From Malacoraja senta (taxonomy: Eukaryota), in NCBI GenBank assembly GCA_038087875.1, contig CM075992.1, positions 10,046,001 through 10,110,000 on the forward strand: a stretch of 64,000 bases of DNA, given 5' to 3'. Position 1 is the first letter of the stretch. Every line of letters begins with the position of its first letter. Positions 13,386 to 27,013 of this stretch are shown piece after piece. Both the position numbers and the translations under genes were made by a program. Below the pieces are notes generated by a model, which did no database searches, was not told where the DNA came from, and saw only the letters and a program-made list of their open reading frames with translations.

Positions 13386-16300
13386 AACACTGACGCACAT
13401 CTGTGTCTGAATATACTATTCAGAATTTCTCCTGGAAGCAAAACCAAATCTGACCCGTCTGAACCTTTTGCACCAAGCATGTCCCAGTTAATATTGGGCA
13501 AGTTAAAGTTGAGGAGCTTTAGTATTTGTCATTTCATTGCGAGTGATCGATAATCTGACATTGTGTGGCAGATGGAGACCATTAGGCCCTTTGATTTATT
13601 CCTTACTTTGTGAAACAATATGATGGTGGTGTTAGATTGGGGGGAGGGGTGTTAGCTGTGCTGGCGGTGAGGGGAGTGGGAGGATGGTTGTGGCTCCAGC
13701 AACTCGCAGAGTTTCAGTCAGGTTGAAGAAGGGATCTGTGCCACAGAATCCTCCCCGGGTATGAGTCAAGCTGATTGACATGAGGACTGCTTAGATCCCT
13801 GGGGTGGGAGAAGGAAGGAACTGGGTAGATGATTGATTCCAATGATAATTCCTAGTGCCACTTTGCAACACGTTATAGCATGCAAGCCTTCCCACAATTG
13901 ACGACTGCCCATGCAGTTGCCTTGGGACTCCAGCTTGATCCAGAATTTCTTCTTTGGATTCTTGGTGGATCTGTGAAGTAATTAAATAGATATTTGCACT
14001 GCTCAGGGTCGTTTGATTTCAGAATATAGAACATACAATAGTACAGCTCAGCAACAAGCCCTTCAGACCACAATATCTATGCTGAGCATGATGTCAAGAC
14101 CAACTCTTATCAGCCTGCATGTACTACATATCCCTCCATTCCCTGCACATCCATGTCTAAAAGTCTATTAAATGCCACTATCATATCTGCTCAACCACCA
14201 TCCGGGGATGGTGTACTTTCCAGGCACTCACCACCCTCTCTGTGAAAAAACTTGCCCTACACTTTCTGATTCAAGATGGAGTTGGGGGACCTTGTGGAGG
14301 AACAGGAGAAGCAGTGGGAGAGTGTATCCGCCCTGCAGATATCCGCCAAGTATGTTTGTGTTTCCCCAGTCGCAGAGGGGAAGGGCACATTATCCAATCT
14401 GCTCATGGCGGGACACACTATTGTTTCATTCAGGCATAGCACATGCATGTACCTGTAACACTATAACAATAAGCAAATACATTAATGGACATGATGCGAC
14501 CAATTCCATAGATTCACATTTAAAAAAAACAGTATCTCGTTGAGGATTCATTGATGTGGGTCCAATGTTATTTTTGGTCGTTTGATAATAAATTATAGCA
14601 GAGATGAGAGGGAGAAGAAGGGTGGTGAGCATATGTTTACAGTTAACTCCCATGTTGAAAAATAGTTTTAGCACACATTTCAAATGTAAAGGAAAAGAAA
14701 GGACCGGGCTTTTCCCAAACTCGCATGTCCTCACCACCTTTTCAACAGACACCGCATTGTAAAACACAGTTCTATTAATTTATTTTGCACAGAATAGCAG
14801 AATCTTTCATTCAATCACATGTTGCTTCCTCTGGAGCTTGTGATCAATTCAAATATTGGCCCCCCACAAATACAAAGGTCAGCCTTTCACTCACTCATTC
14901 ACTCACCTCACGCATCCTCAAAATAAATGCACAAGTTCCCACATGTTATGCAAAGTTTTAAATCTCTCAAATCATTTGCACTTTAAAATTAAAGTAAATG
15001 GCATTCGTGAATACTTCAACAGTTAAAATAACATCTTAATTTACAAGCACGCGAAACTTAAGGAAATATTGAAACTATAATAGTTAATACAATGTAATGC
15101 TGTAGGATCAAACCATTGTTTTTCCATTCCTTCCAGAAATGCTGCCTGTCCGGCTGAGCTCCTCCAGCACTTTGTATTTTTCTCAATATTACAACATTTG
15201 CAGTTCCTTGTGTCCCCAGAATCCTGACATTAATTAATCATGCCAAACAAATAAGTAAACGTCCTTACGTCAACCAAAATCCCCGCAATCTCCAAGATTT
15301 CTCACAGTCCAATCTCTGATCTATGATATGACTTGGATTATATGAGTTGTTTGTTACACTCTGTCCCATTACAATTTGTTCGGGCAATCTGTCCCATTTC
15401 ACAACATCTTCCAGGACTTTATTTCAGAACTTTATTTCCACTAATGTTTAAGGTAAGTGTGTTGAAGTTTATATACCACATCTGACTGACTTGGCAAATG
15501 AAATTCCTCGTATGTTGCTTTGCAAAATATACTTGGCTAATAAATTATTATTGTGATTGTGATTGTGCTTGTGATTTCTTTCTAGCTTGGTCTATTACTG
15601 ATGGCTACTTCTGTGCTCCCACTTTTAGTCCTCTCTTCTGGTCCATCTTCCTGGCCCAGATATTAGAGGAGGTGGACCTCTCACCTATTCCCATTAAGAT
15701 GCCCTGCGTCTGCCACACCAATCCTGTGTGCATCGCTCTTATACGAGTTCCACCTACCCCAGAATAGAGCTCTATGATCCATATATCTGAAACCCTTCCT
15801 CCTGCGCCAGGTACATAGCCACATATTCAACTACAATATCCTACTGTTCTTTGCCTCCCTAAATATTGGTGCAGTTAGTAATCAGGAGATCACAACCCTG
15901 CAGGTCCTGTTTCTAGCTTATTAGACTCCACTAAACTTTCATTGCAGGATCTCATCTTCCTTTTCTACCAATGTCACAGGTATTAGTATGAACCACATAG
16001 ACTCCTTTCAAAATGTCCTGCGCGCACGTATAGTCATCCTTGACCCTGGCATCTTTACTTTTTTGTTGTGTTACCATGGTAGTAGTATAGAGCTGTCTCA
16101 GATATGTTTTCACGATTGTATTGACCTGGTGTATATCCTGGGAATACACCAAAATGTGTTTCATTCTTCTGTCGTTTCCAGCCAGTGTGGTCTGCCAAAT
16201 TAATCTGACATGAGGGGATGTTCCAAAACAGGCTTTAGTAACAAGCGTATCACTGGATATCTTGTTTTTATTGACCAGAAATTTGCAATTTTCGGCAGTA

Positions 16301-17972
16301 TCCACTTGAGTCTTGCTCCAGAAGATTCTATCATTTCTGTTGTGCCATTCACCTTGCCACTTCAAAACAGTGCGATATGAGTTTTCTGTTACTTATAACC
16401 ATGTTACAATTCTGGAAAACTGTTTATATTGCTCTGCCTCCCACTATACTGTAGTGTACACATTTGTCCAGATTCCATATTCCTTTGAGTGCCCTTCACC
16501 AGATATTTAGAGGGAAATGAAAAGCGGAGACTTCGTAGGTTTGCTTCAAGAGACTTTATTGCATGATATCATGGAGAGATGGCGGCAGTTAACTGCTCAC
16601 CAGTTCTCTGATTACATAGCAGAATTAGCCGACAGTTATACTTTGCAGTAAACAACTTTTGTTTTTTATTAGATACAACTATTCAAAAATATACTATCTA
16701 CTACATGGGTACCAATTATTTCATTAGTCATAACATACTTTTTGTTTATGTCAATCTTATTCAACAACATGTTTAATACAAGACAAACACAATACAAGGG
16801 CATCTTGACATTATAAGCGAGTTCGGTATTCCGACTACGCATGCCCAGCTCATAGGTCACGAGCTATAAATAGTGCTCAAAGATCCTAGAGGAGGAGAAC
16901 AAAAGCCTTATCTCCCGATGTTGAGAAGATCATGTTGGTTCTTTTGGGTAATTAGATCCTGTTTATATTGTTGAATTTGTGGAATTCCCTGCCACAGAGG
17001 GCAGTGGAGGCCAAATCTTGGATTTAAGAGAGAGTTAGATAGAGCTCTAGGGGCTAGTGGAATCAAGGGATATGGGGAGAAGGCAGGCACGGGTTATTGA
17101 TAGAGGAAGATCACAATGAATGGCGTTGCTGGCTCGAAGGGCTGAATGGCCTTCTCCTGCACCTATTTTCTATGTTTCTATGTTTCTATGTTTCTAAAAG
17201 AGACACTCTGATCCAAAGGTCAGCGAGTCTAAAAAAGGAAATATAAGGTTTTATGTCTGAATTCATAACATTCAAAAGTTAGGAATAAACTCTAAAAGAA
17301 TCAAGTAACAGAACATAAAAGATTACAGCGAGACAAGCGACATCTCTGGAGAGAAGGAATGTGTTTCGGGTCAAGATCCTTCTTCAGACTGATGTCAGGG
17401 GAGTGCGCAGTACAGAGTTTAAATGTAGTTGCAGACAATAGGACTGGTCAGAGAACTGGGAAGGGGATGGGGATGTGTCTATCTTTGATTTAAACCAGCG
17501 TCTGCAGGTCTTTCCTACACAGAAAACATTACAGCACAGGAAGACGCCATCATGCCGGTGCTGATAATGTTAAATGTACGCCTCCCCTAGAGTCATATTG
17601 CCCCATTCCCCAATTCCCTGCCTGTTCATGTGCCTCTCTTAAACACCACCATCATTCTACTTCCACCACCACCACTGGCAGCACTTGCAACAAAATCTTT
17701 TCACTGAACCTCAGTACACGTGACAATAAACTAAACTAACCAACTAACAAGCACCCACAATTTTCTGTGTAAATGGAGAGAGAGGGCTAATGATTGAAAC
17801 ACAAAAGGATCTAGTGTTCTGTGAAAACTAAATGTTTGCTGACAAGTCTTTAGTTTAGTTTATTATTTTCCCGTGTGCCGAGGTACAGTGAAAGGCTTTT
17901 GTTTACGCGCAACCCAGTCAAAGAAAAGACTATACGTGATCACAATCAAGCTGTCCCACATGTTGTTAAGAA

Positions 17973-18067
17973 GTCTGAAGAAGGGTTTTGACCCGAAACG
18001 TTGCCTATTTCCTTCGCTCCATAGATGCAGCCTCAATCGCTGAGTTTCTCCAACATTTCTGTCTACC
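17973..18067 (+). mobile_element. 95-bp hammerhead-motif mini-insertion with TSD
   Basis: TSD TTGTTAAGAA (17963-17972, 18068-18077); insert starts GT-CTGAAGA-AGGGT-TTTG-ACCC-GAAA-CGTT. Confidence 0.8.
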
Positions 18068-19329
18068 TTGTTAAGAAGGCAAGTGGTATTTTGTTATTTA
18101 TTGCAAAAGTGGTTGGGTTTAAGAATGGGGATATTTGTTATAATTATGCAGGTTGTCGTGGACGCTAATACTGACATGGTGCACAGTTCTGGTTCGCCTA
18201 TCCAGAAAGGAATTGGACACAGTCCAATGGAGAACCTTCAGACTAGCTCTTGGGAAGGAGGAATTGTCCTGGGCAATTTTGCTTCTTCATTGCTTAAGGT
18301 TTAAAAGTACAAACATGTGATCATATTCAAACATGTAAATTCCTGAAGGGGCTTGACAGGGTAGATGGATGTTAAATTGTTTTCATAAGTGAGTTAGGTC
18401 CGAGAGGGGAGAGCTTCAAAATGACGGGATCATCATTTAAAACTGAAGGTCCCTGAACTTTTTACTTCGAGGGTAGTAAATCATTGAAGGACCTGGCCCT
18501 GATGGATTCGGCAACTGGTGAAAATCACACGGGGCTTCTTTGCATCTTCCTCATACGTCATAACCCATTAAAAGCGTGTACTCTGCAATTGTGGAATTTT
18601 ACGTTCCCCATTCAAATTATTGACCCTTGTTATGAAACACCCAGGCACAGATTCTCAGTAGTTTTTCCTTTCACCCATTTATCCCTTCCTTATTTCCAGC
18701 TGTCAACCAATTCCCAATATTTGGAAGATTTTGGCCAGGCCCTCTTCAATTTTCGCCCTTTCGTTGCTCTGCATTCCAACAGTCCGACCTGGAACAGATG
18801 AACCATTAAGTCCAAGTTGAGTTGTTTTTTACCAGTGTCTTCTCTTTATCAGTCCACAAAATGAATACGATCATCATTAGTTGATTTGCTGAGATTCCAG
18901 ACATATGTTTTCCCTTGGACAGATTGATGTAAAAAACATCAGCTTTTGGCCTCTCCCTCCATTAGTTTATATCAGACTGCCCCCATCTTGCTTTAAATCA
19001 TTGATGTGCAACTCTTTCAGACTGATTTTACTGATTATGTACTTAGAAAATCATTTTGGTGTTCTTCTTGGTTAGAGTTACCAACTTATCCCTTTACCTC
19101 TCTTCCCTCGCTCTTTGCCTTCACTCATACATTTGTGAAATTAGCCATTCATATATTTCTGTTAAGGCCCATACATTTGCTTTAATCTACTCCAATTTAG
19201 TGTCCATTTTGGTCGAGAACAAACTGATGCTCAATTTCGCAAGCCTTCACCCTCCTGTGACGAACCATTGAAATCACAGCTATGTTAAATGTCAGTTCTG
19301 CAGAGCAGGATTGGATGCTGGTTTAATGG

Positions 19330-22300
19330 GATCAGAATGAATAAGTTTATTGGCCAAGTATTCACATACAAGGAATTTGCTTTGGTGCTCCGCCCGCAAG
19401 TGGCAACATGACTTACAGTGACAGTTAGGAATGACACATAAAACATTAAACATTAATATTAAAACATTATCGATTAAACATGTGAATTAAATAAAATACC
19501 AGAGCTAAAGGAGGCTACAGATTTTTGGTTATTGAGTAGAGCTACTACTCGTGAAAAAAAAGCTTTTTATGACTGGCTGTGGCAGTTTGACAGTCCGGAG
19601 TTGCCTTCCAGAGGGAAGATATTCAAAGAGTATGTGGCCAGGGTGAGAGGGGTCAGAGATTATCTTACCCACTCGCTTCCTGGCCCTTGCAGTGCACAGT
19701 TCGTCAATGGAGGGAAGGTCGCATCCAATGACCTTCTCTCTGATCGGACGATTCGCTGCATCCTTCGGATGTTGTGCTTGGTGGCTGAGTCAAACCAGAC
19801 CATGATGGAGAAGGTGAGAACAGACTCTACGATGGCCTTATAGAATTGGACCATCATTGCCTGTGGCAGATTGTGCTTCCTCAGCTGCCACAGGAAGTAC
19901 ATCCTCTGTTGTGCCTTTTGACTGTGGAGTCGATGGTGACCCCCCTTTTAAGGTCCTTGGAAATGATGGTTCCCAGGAACTTAAAATACTCCACAGATGT
20001 GACTGTGGTCTTGTTGATGGTGAGTGGGTTGAGGGGAGGGGGAGCTCTCCTAAAGTCTACAAGCAATTCCACTTTCTTAAGAGCATTGAGCTCCAGTTTG
20101 TTGCAATGGCACCAGGATGCCATCTGTGTCACTTCCTGTCTGTAGGCAGATTCCTCCCCATCCTGGATCAGTCCAATCAGGCTTGTGTTGTCCGCAAACG
20201 TGAGAAGCTTGACAGAGGAGTCAGTGGAGGGGCAGTCATTGGTGTAGAGAGAGTAGAGGAGAGGGGAGAGCACGCAGCCTTGCGGTGCTCCTATGCTGAG
20301 GGTTTGTGGGTCCGAGATGTGCTTTCCCAGCCTCACATGCTCCTTCCTCTATCAGGAAGCTGGTGATCCACCAACAGATGGGTTCAGGAACAGTCAACTG
20401 GAAAGTTTAGAGTGTAGTGGCTCTGGCACAAGGGTGTTGAATGCAGAGCTAAAATCAACAAACAAAATCCTCGCATATGTCCCCTGGCGGTCTAGGTGCT
20501 GGAGGATGAAGTGCAGGCCCAGGTTGACTGCGTCATCCACACATCTATTGGCCCGGTATGCAAACTGCAGAGGGTCCAGCAGGGGGTTCTGTGTAGACCG
20601 GTGCCTGTTGTTCAGCACAAAGCTTGAGAGCGGGAAACATTGTCCGGTCCTTCAGAAAAGCCTCCTACCTCCTCTATTTTTGTTGTTGATGATGGAGGAG
20701 AGATGTTGTGCAGCAAGGAGGAGGTGGGTAATTGGGTGTTAAGTGGTGATTGGAGAGGGGTGGGTGGAAAAGGGTCTTTTCAGACTGTAGTTCTGCTTTA
20801 AATAGGTGTGGTGGTGATTGGGGAGGAGTGGGTGTAGAAGGGTCCAGTCTTTGCATACTGGGGTCTGGCTGTGTTGGTTGGGGAGGGGGGCGGGTGTACC
20901 AGGGTTACGTTTCTTCTTGTCATACCTGTAGTAGGACTCATTCAGGTCGTTGCTTAGCTGACGATTGTCAAAAGAGCTGGGGGGTTTCCTCTTGTAGCTG
21001 GTGATTTCATGCAAGCCCCTTCCAAACTGAAGAAGAGTCGCTGGCTGAGAACTTGCTCCTCAACTTCTCAGAATTCCTTTCCTTGGCAGCTCTGATTCTT
21101 CTCAGCTTGTACTTTACCTATCTGCAGAGGTCTGCATCCCTGCTCCTGTAGGCTTCCTCTTTAGACTGTCGGAGCTGTTGAGTTACATAGAAACATAGAA
21201 ACCTTGAAAATAGGTGCAGGAGGAGGCAATTCAGCCCTTCGAGCCAGCACCGCCATTCATTGTAATCATGGCTGATGGTCCCCTATCAATAACCCGTGCC
21301 TGCCTTCTCCCCATATCCCTTGACTCCACAAGCCCCTAGAGCTCTATCTAACTCTCTCTTAAACCCATCCAGTGATTTGGCCTCCACTGCCCTCTGTGGC
21401 AGGGAATTCCATAAATTCACAACTCTCCGGGTGAAAACGTTTTTCTCACCTCAGTCTTAAATGACCTCCCCTTTATTCTAAGACTGTGGCCCCTGGTTCT
21501 GGACTCGCCCAACATTGAGAACATTTTCCTGCATCTAGCTTGTCCAGTCCTTTTTATAAGTTTCTATAAGAACCCCCCCCCCCTCATCCTTCTAAACTCC
21601 AGTGAATACAAGCCTAGTCTTTTCAATCTTTCCTCATATGACAGTCCCACCATCCCAGGGATCAATCTCGTGAACCTACGCTGCACTGCCTCAATCACAA
21701 GGATGTCCTTCCTCAAATTAGGAGACCAAAACTGTATACAGTTCTGCAGTAAACCAGGGCTTGTCGTTGTTGAACCAGGTCTGGGTCCTAGTTGGAATGC
21801 AACTGCCCTCACAGAAGCTGACATATGATGATACAGTGTCCGTATACTCATCGAGGCTTGTGGTTGCTTCCCTGAACACATTCCAATCTGTGCAGTCAAA
21901 GCAGGATTGTAGGTTCTCAATGACCTTGCTTGTCCACCTTTTCGTTGTTCTGACCGCAGGCTTTGCAGATTTTAGTTTCTGCCTGTAGGTTGGAATAAGG
22001 TGAACTAGACCATGATCAGAGAGACCCAGACCTGCCCGGGGAACAGAGTGATATGCGTTCTTGATTGACGTGTAACAGTGGTCAAGTGTTCTCTCCCCTC
22101 TGGTGGGGCAGGTAACCTGAAGTCTGTACTTTGGAAGGTCACGGCTGAGGGGGCTTTGTTAAAGTCCCCCAAAACAATGACCATGGAGTCTGACACTCTA
22201 CCCTCATTACCTGATCAGCGAGTTGCAATTGCGCCTAATGTACGCAGGCATGGGGGGGGGGGGGGGGGGGTGTAAACTCCAGTGAGAATATAGGAGTTAA

Positions 22301-22670
22301 ATTCCCTCGGAGAGTAGAAGGGTTTGCAATTTATAAAGAATGATTCTAGGTTGGGAGAGCACACGTTTGACATTACCATGATGTCGCTGCACCAGTCCTG
22401 GTTGGAATAGAAGCATATTCCACCGCCTCTTGATTTCCCCGCTGCCTTCACTTCGTGGTCCGCTTTGTGAAGTTGGAAGCCAGCCAATTGCAGCGCGCTG
22501 TCCGAGGTCGACTCACACAGCCAGATCTCGTTGAAGCACAGTACAGCGGCTGGTGAGAAGTCCTTGTTTGTCCAGCGCAGGAGTTGCGGTTCGTCCACTT
22601 TGTTAATGAGAGAATAGTATATTTCCATCACTATCAGGTCTAGGGAAATTAAAAACAAATGAGACTTTAC
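19330..22670 (-). mobile_element. Rex1/Babar-like LINE (APE + RT), degenerate, interrupted by a CR1 tail
   Basis: APE remnants (VLCFNEIWL, GGGICFY, VLGDFN); RT (LDPLQFAYR, LFVDFSSAFNT, GAPQGCVLSPLLYSLYTNDC, FADN). Confidence 0.85.
21185..21739 (-). mobile_element. CR1 LINE 3' end nested in the Rex1-like LINE
   Basis: [33 protein letters not shown]; (ACATAGAA)n tail; AGTT on both sides. Confidence 0.85.
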
Positions 22671-22766
22671 TCCAATGTCGTCCTTTACAGTCATACAGTT
22701 TGGAAACAGCCCCTTGTCCCATTTGCCGGCATCTTGCGGGATCTAAGCAAGTCCTATTTGCACGAA

Positions 22767-22861
22767 GGTACACAAAAATGCTGGAGAAACTCAGCGGGTG
22801 CAGCAGCATCTATGGAGCGAAGGAAATAGGTAACGTTTCGGGCCGAAACCCTTCTTCAGAC
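22767..22861 (-). mobile_element. 95-bp hammerhead-motif mini-insertion with TSD
   Basis: 14-bp TSD CCTATTTGCACGAA (22753-22766, 22862-22875); same ends as the 17973 copy; minus strand GT-CTGAAGA-AGGGT-TTCG-GCCC-GAAA-CGTT-ACC. Confidence 0.82.
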
Positions 22862-22879
22862 CCTATTTGCACGAATTTG

Positions 22880-25200
22880 GCACAAATCCCTCTAAACCTC
22901 TCCTCTCCATATAGCTGTCCATGTATCGTTCAAATGTTGTTACAGTACCAGCCTCTACCTCCTCTACCATCCATCCACCCATTGTATGGATGAAAAGGTT
23001 GTATCTCAATTTTTTTAATTAAATCTTGCCCATCTAATCTTAAACTTGTGTCCTCTGGTTCTTGATTCCCCAACCCTGAGTAAAGACTCTGTGCATTTAC
23101 CTATCTGGTCTCCTCATGATTTTAAACTAGAACAATCTATAAAATCACTGCTCAGGCTCCCGCTCTTAGGAATACAGTCGTAGCCTGCCCAAACTCATCC
23201 TATAGCTCAGGCTTTGATTTCAGGCAACATGCTTGTAAATATTCCATGCAGTCTTTCCAGCTTCATGACATCTTTCCTCGAGCCAGCTGATCAAAATTGA
23301 ACACAATACTCCAAATGTAGCCTTGCCAATGTTTAGTGCAACAGCAACATTACATCGCAACTTATGTATTCAATAGTCCACTGATGAAGGACGTTGTACC
23401 AAGAGCCCTCTTTACCACCCTATCTACATGTGACACAACTTTCGGGGAACTAGATACCTATACTCATAAATCCCTCTGCTGTACAACACCTCCCTGGGCC
23501 GTACCATTCACTGTGAAGGTCCTGCTCTGGTTTGACTTCCTGAAAAGCAACACATCGCTCGTATCTGTATTAAATTCCAACAGTCATTCCTCAGCGCACA
23601 TGGCCAACTGAACAAGATTCTGCTGCAATTTTTGATAATCATCCTTACTGTCAATGATACGTTGCTTAAGTGTCATCTGCAAGCTGATCAAGCCTTGTAC
23701 ATTCTCATTCATTGATGACAACCACAAACTGTGATGGACCCGGTATCAATCGCTGAAGTACACCAATATTCACAGGCTTCTTGTCCGATATACAATCTTC
23801 CACCACCACACTCTGCTTCCTTCTGTGAGACCAATTCTGTATCCATTTCGCTAGGTCTCCCTAAATCCCATGTGATCTATCCTTCGAGAGCAGCGTACCA
23901 CGAAGACCCTTATCAAAGACCTTGTAGAGGTCCATATTGACAATGTCTACTGCCTTGCCTGCGTTAACCATCTTGGTTAGTTCTTCAGAAAACTCAATCA
24001 AATTTGGAACACAGGACCTCTTAAGTGCAAAACCTTGCTGTTTATCTCTAGTCATCCCCTGTCCATCCAAATGCAGATATATATTTTTCCTCACAATCCT
24101 CTCCAGTAACGTAGCTACCATAAATGTTAATTTCACTCGTCTGTTGTTTCGAGGCATTTTCTTGCAGCCCATATTAAACAGAGGCACAGCATTAGCCACC
24201 CTCCAGTCTTCCAGCAACTCACCCATATCTAATGATGATTTATATATCTCAGCTGGGCTCCCGCAATGTATTCTCAAGCTTCCCACAGTGTCCTGAGATA
24301 TATTGGATGATGACCAGGAGATGTATCTATCTTCATATGCCCTCGTACGCCCAGTGTCTCATGAGTCTGTACAGATTGTCCTCAAGCCACCTCCATTAAC
24401 TGTTCCGAGTTCTCTTGTGTTCACATTTTACCGTGTGGTAAAACAGGTGAGAAATAGTCATTGACGACCTTGCCTATCTCCTGTGACTCCACACATCGAT
24501 AGCTCATTTGGTTTCCGAGAGCCCCTATTCTCTCTCTAGTTTCCCTCAATTTGGATTCTCCTTAATATTATCTTCCAGAGCCATTTCCTGGCTTTGTTTT
24601 GCCCTGCCGACTTCCTTCTTAAGTGTGTTCCGCAGACCCCTGAACACCTCCGGAGGTACCCTTGATCCAAGTTGCATATTCGTGCTCCATGCCTACATTT
24701 TCCTTACCAGAGCCTCCATTTCTCTCATTATGCATGGTTCCTTACTCCCTGCTCTCTTGGCTTTCACACTAACGGGAATATGCATACCTTGAACTCTAAC
24801 CACCATTCTTTTAAATGCATCCCACTCTCCTAATGCCTCTTTGCTGCAAACATCCTAATCAACTTTAGCAAATTCCTGCCTAGTATCATCAAAGTTGGCC
24901 TTGCCCCATATTCACAACTAACTTCTGGACCCACCCTGTTGTTATTTAAAACTGTCCTTATTTAAAACTCCTAATTTTAGAGCTAATATAACTAAGAACC
25001 CCAAAGACTCGCCCATTGGCACTTCAGTCGCACTTCCCATTTTTGTAGAAATAGATCGAGCTTTCGCTTTTCCCTTGCAGGACCCTCTACATATTTCAGG
25101 AGGAAACTTTCCTGAACACATTTGACAAATTACACCCCATCCCAACCTTTGGCACCGTGACAGATCCTGTGTATATTTGAAAAATTAAAATCCCAAACTA
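22880..25200 (-). mobile_element. CR1 LINE ORF2, long degenerate fragment
   Basis: DWRVANAVPLF..QQGF..RSCVPNLIEF..AVDIVNMD..KVFDK; continues to the 3' tail near 22700. Confidence 0.8.
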
Positions 25201-25214
25201 TGACAACCCAGTCA

Positions 25215-26100
25215 TTTTGCAGACAATGCCACCGTAGTGGGCTGGATATCAAATATTGATGAGACAGCGTACAGGAAGGAGATTGAGAACTTTGTAACCT
25301 TGTGCCAAGAGAACATAATTTCCCTCAGTATCAGCAAGACAAATGAGTTTGTTGTTGACACCAAGAAACGAGGAAGCACACATACCCCTGTAAACCTTGA
25401 TTCCGCTGAAGTAGAGATGGTTGAAAGCTTCCAGTTCTTAAGGTTAAATATCACCAGCAATTTATCCTGGACCCGCCATATCGTAGCAATTTCCAGGAAA
25501 GCACAACGCCTTTGCTTACTTAGAGAGCTTATGATGTTTAGCATGTCCCCAACAACCAGTACTAATTCTATAGATGTACCGTAGAAAGCCTTTTATCAGG
25601 CTGCATCACAGTTTGGTTTAGAAACAGCTCCATCCAAGAACACAAGAAATAGCAGAGTTGTGGTCGTAGCCCAGACCGTCACATAAAACAACTCCCATTG
25701 ATTCCATCTGCACATTGCCTCGGCATGATCAAAGGCGAGTCTCACCCTGGTCACTCCTTTTTCTCCCCTCTCCCATCAGGCAAGATGTACAGAAGTGTGA
25801 AAACACACACCTTCAGATTCAGGGACAGTTTCTTCCCAGCTGTTAGCAGGCAACTGAATCATCCTATCACCAACTAGAGAGTGGTCCTGACCTCCCATCT
25901 ACCTCATTGGAAAGCCTTTGACGATCTTTAATCAGAGTTTTCTGGAATTTTATATTCCAATACACATTATTCCCTTTATCCTGCATCTGTGCACTGTGCA
26001 CTGTGGACGATTGATTTTAATCAAGTATACTCTCTCCGCTGACTAGATAACATGTAAGAAAAAGCTTTTCACTACCTCGTGACAATAATAATAATAAAGT
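25215..26100 (+). mobile_element. Rex1/Babar-like LINE 3' fragment
   Basis: FADNATVVGWIS..AYRKEIENFV..KTNEFVVD..FQFLRLNITSNLSW; later LPSGK..RFRDSFFP-like sequence. Confidence 0.8.
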
Positions 26101-26269
26101 ATTCTAAACTAAACCATGACTTACAGTTTCCTGCAATTTCCTAGTGTCTTTGTTCTTCTGATTTCCATTGACGCTTTGGGGGGGGGGGGGGGCAATAGTC
26201 CACTCCCAATAAGATGATCATCCCCTTATTGTCTCTGAGCGTGACCCACATAGCTTCACTGGACGAGCC

Positions 26270-27013
26270 ACTACAGGAAGAAGAAAACGGACATTACACC
26301 ACTAATCATCGATGGGGACTGTGTGGAAAGGGTGGCGGATTTCCGCTTCCTGGGAATCCACATTGAGGAGGACCTGACTTGGAGCGTGAACACCTCTGCG
26401 CTGCTGAAAAAGGTCCAGCAGAGACTGTACTTCCTGAGGGTGCTCAGGAAGAACAACATCACCCAGAGACTGCTGCTATCCTTTTATCGATGCTCAATTG
26501 AGAGCATCTTAACATACCGTGTATGCGTGTGGTACACCAGCTGCACAGCGGCTAAGAGGAAAGCGCTCCAGAGGGCTATTGACAACGCCCAGAAGATTAT
26601 CGGCTGCCCTCTCCTCACCTTGGAGGACCTACACAGTTCCCACTGTCTCAAAAAATCGCAGAAGATCATAAAGGACATTTTCCACCCCGGTCACTCCCTG
26701 TTTGAACTGCTGCCGTCAGGCAGACGGTACAGATCAATGAGCACAAGGACAAACAGACTCAAAAACAGTTTTTATCCCACAGCAATAAATACACTTAATG
26801 TAGCCACCAAATGAGTACAGGTGTGCTACACACCAAAGGGACTGTGAATTCGACAGAATATTTTTTTTTTTCATGTTATTTATTTTAGTTGTTTATCTTA
26901 GACTTTTGCTCTAAGAAAATGTGTAAATGGTGCACTGACTGGTTGGCATTTCTAATTTCGTTGTACATGTATACATGTTATAATGACAATAAAGTATTCA
27001 TTCATTCATTCAT
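26270..27013 (+). mobile_element. Rex1/Babar-like LINE 3' fragment, well preserved
   Basis: Open 163-aa frame FRFLGIHIEEDLTW..QQRLYFLR..LLPSGRRYRS..RLKNSFYP; AATAAA and (ATTC)n tail. Confidence 0.85.

Noticed and set aside
14172..14543. Cluster of short overlapping ORFs
   Set aside because: No recognisable motif in any frame; part of it overlaps CR1 tail sequence.
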